Shown here in pieces: positions 10,977 to 19,537 of a stretch of 63,499 bases of DNA. The stretch's first letter is position 1. Every line of letters starts with the position of its first letter. The notes under the pieces were generated by a model that was not told the origin of the DNA, did not search any database, and was given only the letters and a program-made list of their open reading frames with translations. The translations under genes and the position numbers were made by a program. Source of the DNA: an uncultured Candidatus Saccharibacteria bacterium (GTDB lineage: Bacteria; Patescibacteriota; Saccharimonadia; Saccharimonadales; AWTP1-31); assembly GCA_964369045.1 (NCBI GenBank), contig CAYJDY010000001.1:1-63499 (forward strand). Direction: 5' to 3'.

Positions 10977-12485
10977 ATGAAGGTAACAATTATCAAGAAA
11001 TCATCAGGTGGGTATGCAAGAAGAGTCTCGTTGCTAGGAGCGCTATTAAGCATATTCCTCTCACTCGGGGCTCTGTACTATTCCGGCTCTGCTTTGGCTT
11101 CACCCCTGGAAGAGAGTAGTTATGGAGTTACAAGTGCAGGTTCAAGTGTTCCATCTTTCAGTATCCCTATGGCAATCGTGTTTAGCCTACCATTTGTACT
11201 AATGTTAGTACTGTTGGTCGTCGCTTCTGTTTATTCTTGGCAGACGCTTCGTCGTCACGGTGAATTCAGTATCCGACACAAAAATATTACTAAAATCCTG
11301 ACAACCAAAGAAGCCGTTAACGATTATCTGGCAGTCACTACTCATTACCTCAATACGCTTGTGGCGCGCATGAGTAACAACCTAGACATGTTGCTTTCAC
11401 TGAAGAGGATTACTGCAGCTCGTGCTGAGTCTTTAAGGTCAGACGTAAGACGTTTTAGTACCGAATCAGAGCGTTTGCTTGTAGCCAATCAGGTCTCTAG
11501 TGCGCAGTCTACAAATAATGATAAAACTCTCAAAGCGACACAGAAAAATCCGCTACTCGTCAAGGAGGTGTGGGTACCCTCCGTTATCGTATTTATTCTA
11601 ATTGTAGCTGCCAACATATTGTTTCGGTATAGCAGTGCTTTTATTATTTCTCCAGTCCGGGTTGGTGTCGAGATGGCGCTTTATGTTTTGAGCGTACTTC
11701 TGGTGGCCGCTGCTTATAGCTACCGCGAATTTCTGCAAATTAGTAATATGCTTGCTGATAAACAGCTGAGGGTAGAGTCTGAATTGTATATACGACGTCA
11801 GCAATTCATTCCAGAAGCCGTTAAGGTGACAAGCGAATCTTTACGATTTCTGAAGGAAGCATCAAAGTCACTCGATAATATCCAAGAAGCAAAATCATTC
11901 CACAAGTCAGTCACTACGCTCGGAGGCATTAATCAGGGCCTTGTATCCTTGCAAGAATTTGCAGATTTTGACAATAACCCGCCACTATTTGACATTACAA
12001 CCTATGCCCGAAAATCAGCAGAAAAGTTTAAGAGTCTTGCCGAGGAAAAGCATATTACGATCGAGACAAAGGTCGATACCGGCCTGGTGGCTCGCATTCA
12101 GCCAGGAGTCATTCGACAGCTTATAGATTCATTGCTCGAAAATAGCATCAAGTTTAGTGACAAAGAACAACCAGTAACACTGTCGGTGTATCGGCGGTTT
12201 AATAAGATCGTCATAGTGGTAAGCGACAAAGGCATCGGGATACCGGAGCATAAGCTACCGAGTTTGCTGAAGCCGTTTAGTCGTGGTGCAGATTCAATGC
12301 AAGATAACAGCGAAGGTGTCGGACTGGGCCTTTATGCCGATAAAGTTATTGTCGAAAAACTGGGCGGAACCATACATATCACAAGCAAATTAAACCAGGG
12401 TACGACCACCACGGTAGTTATTCCTACGAACTATGATAGAAAAGCAAACGCCCCCGTTTTGACACGGCCAAGACCTGGTGGCTAA
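10977..12485 (+). CDS. Membrane histidine-kinase-like protein with intact HATPase_c but no recognisable phospho-acceptor His box
   Basis: N box LLENSIKFS, G1 SDKGIGIP, F box KPFSRG, G2 GVGLGLY. Where the H box FxxxxSHELRTPL is expected, the sequence reads FIPEAVKVTSESL. Confidence 0.7.
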   Translation: MKVTIIKKSSGGYARRVSLLGALLSIFLSLGALYYSGSALASPLEESSYGVTSAGSSVPSFSIPMAIVFSLPFVLMLVLLVVASVYSWQTLRRHGEFSIRHKNITKILTTKEAVNDYLAVTTHYLNTLVARMSNNLDMLLSLKRITAARAESLRSDVRRFSTESERLLVANQVSSAQSTNNDKTLKATQKNPLLVKEVWVPSVIVFILIVAANILFRYSSAFIISPVRVGVEMALYVLSVLLVAAAYSYREFLQISNMLADKQLRVESELYIRRQQFIPEAVKVTSESLRFLKEASKSLDNIQEAKSFHKSVTTLGGINQGLVSLQEFADFDNNPPLFDITTYARKSAEKFKSLAEEKHITIETKVDTGLVARIQPGVIRQLIDSLLENSIKFSDKEQPVTLSVYRRFNKIVIVVSDKGIGIPEHKLPSLLKPFSRGADSMQDNSEGVGLGLYADKVIVEKLGGTIHITSKLNQGTTTTVVIPTNYDRKANAPVLTRPRPGG

Positions 12486-12494
12486 CGATTCATT

Positions 12495-12953
12495 CTATTT
12501 TTGTAACTCAGTAAGATCATTAATAATCTCTACGGCATGCTTTGCTGGGTTGACCCCTAAGTATTCTTTTACGATGATCCCCTTCGGATCGATGATGTAG
12601 GTGTTACGCTTGATCCCTTCGTACTCTCGTCCCATAAACTTCTTTAATCCCCATGAGCCATAGGCTGATATCGTCTCGTGGTTTTCATCGCTCAACAGAG
12701 TGAAATTGAGATTATGTTTTTCTGCAAATTTGGCATGACTTTTGACGCTGTCTTTGCTGATACCTACTACAACGGCGTTGCCGAGCGAAGCAATCGAGTC
12801 ACGTACATCACGGAAGTTACAAGCTTCTTTAGTGCATCCGGGCGTATCGTCTTTTGGATAAAAATAAAGTACTATCCACTGCCCTTTAAACTCGTCTAGA
12901 GTTTGCAATTGTCCATTTTGATCTGGTAGTGAAAAACTTGGTGCTTGACGCAA
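12495..12953 (-). CDS. bcp: Thiol peroxidase / peroxiredoxin Bcp
   Basis: FYPKDDTPGCTKEAC peroxidatic Cys motif. TTG start with AGGAG 8 nt upstream. Confidence 0.9.
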   Translation of the reverse strand: MRQAPSFSLPDQNGQLQTLDEFKGQWIVLYFYPKDDTPGCTKEACNFRDVRDSIASLGNAVVVGISKDSVKSHAKFAEKHNLNFTLLSDENHETISAYGSWGLKKFMGREYEGIKRNTYIIDPKGIIVKEYLGVNPAKHAVEIINDLTELQK

Positions 12954-12997
12954 GAGGTTAACTCCTATAATGTTATATATTCACTACTAAATATACT

Positions 12998-13711
12998 ATG
13001 AATACGCTTAAACACGCTGCACAATTCAAAGACGTTTTGAAAAACTACAAGATGTCTGATCAAAGTATTCAGATTCTGAATCAAACAGAGTTTGTGATGC
13101 TGTCTGCAGTTAGCTCTTCGGGTCGAAACACGATTATACGTGAATTGCTTAAGAGTGATGATTTTTACTACATCGTTTCTGATACGACACGTCCGATGCG
13201 CGTAAATGATGGGGTAAAAGAACAAAACGGTGTTGAATATTGGTTCCGATCAGAAGAAGAGGTCTTGGAGGATCTTAAGCAAGGCAAGTTCGTCGAGGCT
13301 GCACTTATTCATGATCAGCAAGTATCTGGCGTGAGTATCCGTGAATTATCTACAGCCCAGCAAAAAGGGAAGATCGCTATTAGTGATATTGATGTGCAGG
13401 GAGTCCATACTATCATGCAGCATTCGAGTCTCGCGGTTCCTGTATTTGTACTTCCGCCAAATTATGAGGAATGGATGCGTCGCTGGAAGAAGCGGGGCAC
13501 GATAAGTGACCAAGAATTTACGAACCGCAAGCAAAGTGCTCGCCAAGAGCTATCTGTTGCTCTATCAGAAGACTACTACCATTTTATTATCAACGACGAT
13601 CTAGAAGAAGTTGTAAAAGGCGTTTGTCAGATCGCAAAGGGTATTGTCAGTAAACAACACGATCAAGAAGGGCGCGCTGTCGCCGAAAATATATTGCAAC
13701 GACTTTCCTGA
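12998..13711 (+). CDS. Guanylate kinase family protein with degenerate P-loop
   Basis: SDTTRPMR, EYWF, FVEAA and DIDVQG blocks align to Gmk. The P-loop reads AVSSSGRNT instead of GPSGxGKST, and the YYGT block is absent. Confidence 0.6.
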   Translation: MNTLKHAAQFKDVLKNYKMSDQSIQILNQTEFVMLSAVSSSGRNTIIRELLKSDDFYYIVSDTTRPMRVNDGVKEQNGVEYWFRSEEEVLEDLKQGKFVEAALIHDQQVSGVSIRELSTAQQKGKIAISDIDVQGVHTIMQHSSLAVPVFVLPPNYEEWMRRWKKRGTISDQEFTNRKQSARQELSVALSEDYYHFIINDDLEEVVKGVCQIAKGIVSKQHDQEGRAVAENILQRLS

Positions 13712-13748
13712 ACGAGTATTCTGTTCCCATACAAACGAAGGAGAGAAG

Positions 13749-14273
13749 ATGGCTATACGGGATACCGGTTTAGATGGTAGGTATGAGGGTGCGAATTTGC
13801 CGCCTTTTGCGCTGGGCAAAAACGAAGCCATTACAGAGTCAAGAAAAGGGTGGCTTGACGGTGTGCAAAGAGGACTAAAACGTGCCTATGTTGGCAATCG
13901 TGTTGCGCATAATGCCAGGCTTGTCACATCTTTATTGGCGCAAGATGAAACCCGTGACGCAGAGTATGTGCTTGCCGGAGGTGCAGTGCTTACAATTCGG
14001 GACATAAGTCTGCGTGGTGAGCGTATTTACGAAGCAAGCTTTGACCCACGTAGCAGTAATGGTCGGAAATTCGCAGCTTTCTTTGATATGACCGATGTAA
14101 GTTTTGGTGCTAGCCCTGATTGTAGAGCCAACATCGGTGACTTTGGCGCTGAGGGTTCTCGTAGCTTTGATGCGTCATCGGCAGAATTTCTCGAACAGAG
14201 TTTTGGTGCTATTCGGCGTGACCTATCGGGTATTCAAGTTGTTCTTGATGAAGCGGTGGCAGGCCGCACGTAA
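13749..14273 (+). CDS. Hypothetical protein
   Basis: ATG at 13749 with GGAG about 6 nt upstream. The listed longer ORF (13644) overlaps the previous gene. No motif recognised. Confidence 0.5.
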   Translation: MAIRDTGLDGRYEGANLPPFALGKNEAITESRKGWLDGVQRGLKRAYVGNRVAHNARLVTSLLAQDETRDAEYVLAGGAVLTIRDISLRGERIYEASFDPRSSNGRKFAAFFDMTDVSFGASPDCRANIGDFGAEGSRSFDASSAEFLEQSFGAIRRDLSGIQVVLDEAVAGRT

Positions 14274-14287
14274 CACGAATACCAAGA

Positions 14288-14314
14288 CTGGCACTCTTGA
14301 TGTGCAAGTGCTAG
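14288..14314. promoter_or_regulatory. Degenerate CIRCE-like inverted repeat overlapping the hrcA promoter
   Basis: CTGGCACTC-N9-AAGTGCTAG versus the consensus TTAGCACTC-N9-GAGTGCTAA (7/9 + 7/9). TAGAAT box at 14312..14317, 6 nt before the hrcA ATG. Confidence 0.5.
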
Positions 14315-14323
14315 AATAGGTCT

Positions 14324-15034
14324 ATGTTAACCGACAGACAACAACGAATCCTTCAGGCAATCGTTGAACAGTATGCCGAAGTTGCTAGCCCCGTAGGGTC
14401 TAGCCTGATGGCAAAAGTATTCAACGTTTCGTCAGCAACCATTCGTTCCGAAATGGCAGAGCTGGAACGCCATGGCTTTATCAAGCAACCACATACCAGT
14501 GCCGGACGTATTCCGACCGACAAGGGGTATCGATTTTATGTAAATAATATTGCCGAAAACTCACCGGAGACACCGGCGGAGCGAAGAGCAGAAAAAGCAC
14601 TTGCGAACCGCGTTTCTAGCGGTGGCGTTACCGACCACGTTATCAAGAATGCAGTCGATACGCTTGTTGAACTTACACATAATCTAGGACTGGCTACGAT
14701 TGGTGACCAACTATATATGAGCGGCCTGTCTAATCTTTTTGGACAGCCAGAGTTTATGAATAATGGTCAGGTGCGCGAAGTAGCGAGTTTGCTCGATAAT
14801 CTAGAGCCATGGTTGTATGAAGCTGCACCAAACGAGCCGTTGAGTGTATACATCGGGCAAGAGAATCCAATTGGCAGAAGTGCTGGATGTTCATTGATTG
14901 TAAGCCGATTTCGTAGTAATTACAGTGACCGTAGCTACATAGGTGTACTTGGCCCAACCCGACAGAGCTACAGGGACGTTATGATGCTCGTCCGCCGTAC
15001 TGGCGAAGCACTCGAAGAAGTACTGTATACCTAG
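14324..15034 (+). CDS. hrcA: Heat-inducible transcription repressor HrcA (short, 236 aa)
   Basis: N-terminal winged helix: LTDRQQRILQAIVEQY...ATIRSEMAELERHGFIKQPHTSAGRIPTDKGYRFYV. Confidence 0.9.
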   Translation: MLTDRQQRILQAIVEQYAEVASPVGSSLMAKVFNVSSATIRSEMAELERHGFIKQPHTSAGRIPTDKGYRFYVNNIAENSPETPAERRAEKALANRVSSGGVTDHVIKNAVDTLVELTHNLGLATIGDQLYMSGLSNLFGQPEFMNNGQVREVASLLDNLEPWLYEAAPNEPLSVYIGQENPIGRSAGCSLIVSRFRSNYSDRSYIGVLGPTRQSYRDVMMLVRRTGEALEEVLYT

Positions 15035-15055
15035 GGAAGAATAAAAAGGAGAGAT

Positions 15056-15538
15056 ATGACTAAAAAAGCCAAAGCAGATGATCAATTCGATGAAGTAAAG
15101 GAGCAGCTTGCTACTGAAGTCGCCCAGCTTACCGAGAGTTTACAGCGCGAGCGTGCCGATGCCATCAATATCCGAAGACGTCATGATGAACAGATCGCTG
15201 GGCTCAAAGGAGTTATAAAAGCGAATGTCATTGAGGAACTATTGCCAGTTATCGATAACTTTGAACGAGCACTCAAACATGTACCTGAAGATCTAGTAGA
15301 CAATGATTATATAAAAGGTGTGCAGGGAGTGGTCAAGCAGTTTGAGTCAACGCTAAGCAGTATGGGTGTACTGCGAATTAATACTATTGGCGAGCCCTTC
15401 GATCCACAAGTACACGAGGCAGTTGGCGTAGAAGAGGGCGATGGCGACCAAGAAGTCGTCAGCGAAGAACTACAGGCTGGCTATCAAATAGGTGACCGCG
15501 TCATCCGTCACGCCATGGTTAAAGTTTCTCGAAAATAG
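15056..15538 (+). CDS. grpE: Nucleotide exchange factor GrpE
   Basis: Coiled N-terminus and LLPVIDNFERAL motif. AAGGAG RBS. Sits directly after hrcA. Confidence 0.9.
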   Translation: MTKKAKADDQFDEVKEQLATEVAQLTESLQRERADAINIRRRHDEQIAGLKGVIKANVIEELLPVIDNFERALKHVPEDLVDNDYIKGVQGVVKQFESTLSSMGVLRINTIGEPFDPQVHEAVGVEEGDGDQEVVSEELQAGYQIGDRVIRHAMVKVSRK

Positions 15539-15553
15539 CATAATCATTTTATA

Positions 15554-15583
15554 TTGACGTTCCTCTCGCTTAGGGCTTATACT
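15554..15583 (+). promoter_or_regulatory. Candidate sigma70-type promoter for the cohesin/dockerin gene cluster
   Basis: TTGACG (15554..15559), 18-nt spacer, TATACT (15578..15583). ATG follows 11 nt later. Confidence 0.45.
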
Positions 15584-15594
15584 TAAAGCAAATT

Positions 15595-16554
15595 ATGCGA
15601 CATGCAATGCGCCCCAGTATTAAACACTTCCTAGTTTACCCAGTTATTATATTGAGTTTAGTCGTAGCATTCTTCCCTGTTAGCCCAGCGCATGTGAGCG
15701 CTGCAGCCTGTACAGCACCATCAACCGATTACGGCACAGTAACTTCATCAGCTACTTCGCAAATATCGATTCCGGCAACAGGTACGTATCGTGTCTGGAG
15801 TAGGATCCAGATTCCAAGCTCAGCAGCAAACTCATATCTGCTGGAGATTGACGGTACATCCTGCTATACCGTTGGTGGTAACACGGCTATGGCAACCAAC
15901 ACCTGGACCTGGGTTGATTATCAGGGTGGCAATACTGCCAGTAAGATCAACGCTACTCTATCTGCAGGTAACCACTCTTACAAGTTAATTGGAAACGCCG
16001 AAGGCGTATTGTTAGACAGAATTATATTCACGCAAGATACGTCTGGCTCGAACTGTAACCCGCCACCAGGAACCGGCGATAATTGTGCGAACCCACCAAA
16101 TGTTGCTCCAACAATCGGTCTCAGTGCCTCTCCTACGAGTGGTACCGCTCCACTGACTACGACACTCACAGCAACCCCAGCAGATTCTGACGGCACAGTT
16201 GCAAGTGTAGAATTCTTTAGGAATGGAACATCTCTTGGAACTGCAAAGACGAGCGCGCCATGGACACTTACACAAACAGGCCTTGCTGCCGGTACATATA
16301 GCTATACCGCCAAGGTAACCGATAATAGTGGAGTTTCTACTACCTCTTCGGCCGTCACAGTGACTGTGACCGGCACGGCAACCCCGAAGGCAGGTGACGT
16401 AAACAATGATGGTGCTGTCAACTCTGGTGACCTTGCAGTTCTGTCGTTCAACTGGCTCAAAACTGGTATGACCAGGGCACAGGGTGATCTGTCTGGTGAC
16501 GGTACGGTTAACTCTGCAGACCTCGCAACACTAAGCTTTAACTGGTTGAAATAA
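15595..16554 (+). CDS. Secreted protein: beta-sandwich (CBM-like) domain, Ig-like domain, C-terminal type-I dockerin
   Basis: Signal peptide ending AHVSAAA. C-terminus GDVNNDGAVNSGDLAVLSFNWLK...GDLSGDGTVNSADLATLSFNWLK forms two Ca-binding dockerin repeats. Confidence 0.75.
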   Translation: MRHAMRPSIKHFLVYPVIILSLVVAFFPVSPAHVSAAACTAPSTDYGTVTSSATSQISIPATGTYRVWSRIQIPSSAANSYLLEIDGTSCYTVGGNTAMATNTWTWVDYQGGNTASKINATLSAGNHSYKLIGNAEGVLLDRIIFTQDTSGSNCNPPPGTGDNCANPPNVAPTIGLSASPTSGTAPLTTTLTATPADSDGTVASVEFFRNGTSLGTAKTSAPWTLTQTGLAAGTYSYTAKVTDNSGVSTTSSAVTVTVTGTATPKAGDVNNDGAVNSGDLAVLSFNWLKTGMTRAQGDLSGDGTVNSADLATLSFNWLK

Positions 16555-16568
16555 TTGGATACAAGAAA

Positions 16569-17894
16569 ATGACAAATAAACTGAAGACAACTAACAAGAA
16601 AACCAAAAGTATCATCATAGTAACTGCGCTATTTGCCGTCATTGGCGCAGGTATACTTATCTTTGCCAATGCTGCTACGGGTACCGCTACACTCTCACTG
16701 ACCCCTAACAGTGGTAGCTACGATATCTCGTCCAACTTTACACTGGGTATCTATGCAAACTCAGGCACTACTGCTGCGAGCACCGTGGACGTTAAGCTGA
16801 GCTATGATGCGACCAAGCTTGATTATGTATCAGTCGACGGAACTGGCGGAGCATTCACGACTTGTACTGAGAACAGTGGAGGAGCTGGAACGGTAAGCCT
16901 CGTGTGTGCTCTTCTTGGTAACTCTGTGAGCGGCAATCAAAAGGTCGGTAATGTTACCTTTAAAGCCAAAGTTGGCACGGGGACAACCCCGGTTAGTTTT
17001 GCAGCTGGTTCACATATTTGGTCTTATGCTGCTAGCCCTGTTGATTTGTGGAATGGCGTGACAACGGGTGGTACATACACACTGACAACACCTGATACAA
17101 CACCGCCATCGGTGACCATTACAGCACCGTCAGTATCGGGTTCAACAGTATCAGGCAATGCGGTACCGCTTCAGGCAAACGTCACCGATAGTGCCGGAAC
17201 GATCACAAGAGTAGAGTTTGTTGTCAATGGAGTTGTTAAGGACACCAAAACATCAGGCACAAGCCCTTATTCATATACATGGGACTCGACAACTCTGCCT
17301 GACGGTACGTACCCAGTTGTTGTCAATGCCTGGGATAATGCCCCAACACCGAACAAGGGAACAGCCACTACGAGCGTAGTAGTTAAGAATAGTAAACCAA
17401 ACCTCGTGGTATCTGGCCTAACTATAACACCAGCAGCCCCTACCCCGGGCAGTGTGGTGACATTTAGCGCAACGGTTACCAATAACGGTACCGCTGCCAC
17501 TACAGCCGGAACCTCAGTTGTGACAGGTTTCTCGGTAGACTCGGTAGCGATCACTTCACCCGCAGCTGACACTGCGTCACTCGCAGTTGGGGCTAGTCGT
17601 GTAGTAACGGCAACCTGGACAGCTACACTTGGGTCACATACCGTTGTGGCAACAGCAGACAAGAACAACACAGTTATCGAACTCAACGAGACTGATAACA
17701 CGAGATCACAAAGCTTCTCGGCATATAAACCGGGTGATGCTAACAATGATAACCTTGTTAACTCCGGTGACCTAGCAGTTATATCCTTTAACTGGCTCAA
17801 GACAGGCATGACATTTGCTCAGGGCGACTTCAATGGAGATGGTACAATAAACTCTGCAGACCTCGCAACACTAAGCTTTAACTGGTTGAAATAA
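16569..17894 (+). CDS. Secreted protein: cohesin-like N-domain, Ig-like domain, CARDB-like domain, C-terminal dockerin
   Basis: Signal-anchor. VDVKLSYDATKLDYVSVDG block is cohesin-like. PNLVVSGLTITPAAPTPGSVVTFSATVTNNG is CARDB-like. Dockerin repeats GDANNDNLVNSGDLAVISFNWLK and GDFNGDGTINSADLATLSFNWLK. Confidence 0.7.
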   Translation: MTNKLKTTNKKTKSIIIVTALFAVIGAGILIFANAATGTATLSLTPNSGSYDISSNFTLGIYANSGTTAASTVDVKLSYDATKLDYVSVDGTGGAFTTCTENSGGAGTVSLVCALLGNSVSGNQKVGNVTFKAKVGTGTTPVSFAAGSHIWSYAASPVDLWNGVTTGGTYTLTTPDTTPPSVTITAPSVSGSTVSGNAVPLQANVTDSAGTITRVEFVVNGVVKDTKTSGTSPYSYTWDSTTLPDGTYPVVVNAWDNAPTPNKGTATTSVVVKNSKPNLVVSGLTITPAAPTPGSVVTFSATVTNNGTAATTAGTSVVTGFSVDSVAITSPAADTASLAVGASRVVTATWTATLGSHTVVATADKNNTVIELNETDNTRSQSFSAYKPGDANNDNLVNSGDLAVISFNWLKTGMTFAQGDFNGDGTINSADLATLSFNWLK

Positions 17895-17908
17895 TTGGAT
17901 ACAAGAAA

Positions 17909-19198
17909 ATGACACATAAACTAAAAACACTCAATAAAAAAAATAAAACTGCACTAGTTGTCACTGCGCTATTTGCCGTCATTGGCGCAGGTATACTCAT
18001 CTTTGCCAATGCAGCCACACCTCCGCAAACAGGAACAGTCACGACATTAGCTGGCGGGAATGTTGGCTTCAGTCTATCGCCTGCAAGTGGAACATTCGGT
18101 GCTTCAACGAATGTTGCTGGAACGATTAATGTAAATGCTGGAACCTCTGAAATAAGTACGGTAGATGTGAAGCTAAGTTATGACACAACAAAACTGGATT
18201 TTGTATCTATCGACGGAAGTGGCGGAGCATTCTCTACCTGTACTGAAAACAGTGGTGGTGGTGGCACGGCAAGCTTGGTATGTACTAAGCTTGGCGGCTC
18301 GGTGAATGGTACTCAAAAGGTTGGCAACGTTACATTCAAAACCAAGACAGTTGCAGGTGCAGCTTCCGTAAGTTTTGCAGGAAGCTCACACGTATGGTCA
18401 TACGCCGCATCACCAGCAGATCTATGGAATGGTGTAGCTACAGCTGCAACCTATACAGTATCTATTCCGTCTAGCGGTGGAGGTGGTGGTGGAGGCACTG
18501 GTGGTTCAGGTGGAACACCGACTACTCCAACAACAACCACCACTCCAAAGACCACAACTGGTGGATCATCAACTCCAACAACAACCACTACTCCAAAGAC
18601 CACAACTGGTGGATCATCAACTCCTACTACCACGGCGCCTACTGCTGCCGGTACCGAGAACGTGACAACAACTACATCTGGCGGTCAGGTTATTGTAAAA
18701 CTCGTCGACGACAAAGGTGCACCCCTTACAGGTATTAGCGTGTCTCTTGGAACACTTTCTGCGATCACTGATTCCTATGGTCTCGCCAACTTTTCTGGTG
18801 TAGTTGCCGGTACGTATACAGTGTCAGCTAAAACCGACAAAGGTCAGGCAAAGGTTAAGATTCAAGTTAAAGCAGATAGCCCAACAACCGCACAACAATT
18901 CCAACTCCAGGTTAAGCCAAAATCAATGATCATACTCTATGTTGTCATAGCAGTCGGTGTCATTGCAGCAGTAGTTGCAGGTGGTGTGGCCTTTGTACGA
19001 CAGCAGAGAAAGAGTAAGTTCAACCGTTCACATGGTCTCGGTAACTCAGCAGTCATCTTCGATGCCAACTCGTCAGCACCAAGTCCCGTGGAGCAAGCAC
19101 CAATCATTGCGCCACAACCACCAGCAACAAAAGGACCAGAGGGTAGCATCATTACCCCTTCGGCAGAAGCTCCAAAATCAGACGATACCCCTTCGTAG
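17909..19198 (+). CDS. Membrane-anchored cohesin-like protein with Gly/Thr/Pro linker and CarboxypepD_reg-like domain
   Basis: N-terminus paralogous to 16569. VDVKLSYDTTKLDFVSIDG cohesin-like block. GGGGGGTGGSGG and TTTTPKTTTGGSS repeats. C-terminal TM helix IILYVVIAVGVIAAVVAGGVAFV followed by RQQRKSK. Confidence 0.7.
   Translation: MTHKLKTLNKKNKTALVVTALFAVIGAGILIFANAATPPQTGTVTTLAGGNVGFSLSPASGTFGASTNVAGTINVNAGTSEISTVDVKLSYDTTKLDFVSIDGSGGAFSTCTENSGGGGTASLVCTKLGGSVNGTQKVGNVTFKTKTVAGAASVSFAGSSHVWSYAASPADLWNGVATAATYTVSIPSSGGGGGGGTGGSGGTPTTPTTTTTPKTTTGGSSTPTTTTTPKTTTGGSSTPTTTAPTAAGTENVTTTTSGGQVIVKLVDDKGAPLTGISVSLGTLSAITDSYGLANFSGVVAGTYTVSAKTDKGQAKVKIQVKADSPTTAQQFQLQVKPKSMIILYVVIAVGVIAAVVAGGVAFVRQQRKSKFNRSHGLGNSAVIFDANSSAPSPVEQAPIIAPQPPATKGPEGSIITPSAEAPKSDDTPS
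18524..18619 (+). repeat. 2 x 48-nt in-frame tandem repeat (TPTTTTTPKTTTGGSS) in the linker
   Basis: 18524..18571 and 18572..18619 differ at 1 nt. Confidence 0.9.
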
Positions 19199-19204
19199 AA
19201 ATGA

Positions 19205-19510
19205 ATGAAAAGTACCAGCAGATCAGACATAACTGTTCCTGACAGGATCATCTATTCACAGATGTTCTTGTTCCTGCAGTCACGTAGTCAGGGTATCGAG
19301 GGACAGCGGTTAAAATCATTCGGTGCATTTCTTATCTGGTTTGCATTATCAGGACTCAATATGTGGCTACTCAGTTTGATTCTTTCTCCTAAGTTAGCAC
19401 TACCTCTCATGATCTTAGTTGTGTTCGTATTCTTTGTTTGTCCGTTTGTGTTATTGTGGCCGGTTGTCGCCACGACTATCGTTCGTGCAGACCTCGAACG
19501 TCTTAAATAA
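19205..19510 (+). CDS. Hypothetical small membrane protein
   Basis: Two predicted TM helices. Start uncertain. No motif recognised. Confidence 0.35.
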   Translation: MKSTSRSDITVPDRIIYSQMFLFLQSRSQGIEGQRLKSFGAFLIWFALSGLNMWLLSLILSPKLALPLMILVVFVFFVCPFVLLWPVVATTIVRADLERLK

Positions 19511-19537
19511 TTAGCACTCAAAGTACTTGAGTGCTAA
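19511..19537. promoter_or_regulatory. Perfect CIRCE operator (HrcA binding site) overlapping the dnaK-operon promoter
   Basis: TTAGCACTC-AAAGTACTT-GAGTGCTAA. Candidate -35 TTGAGT (19526..19531) and -10 TACAAT (19548..19553). An extra TTAGCACTC half-site at 19559..19567. Confidence 0.9.

Noticed and set aside
18451-18665. Listed ORFs on both strands (18451..18633 minus, 18477..18665 plus) with repetitive V/G/P or Q/L/P sequence
   Set aside because: These are shadow frames of the Gly/Thr/Pro-rich tandem repeat within the 17909..19198 gene. They are low-complexity and lack start context.
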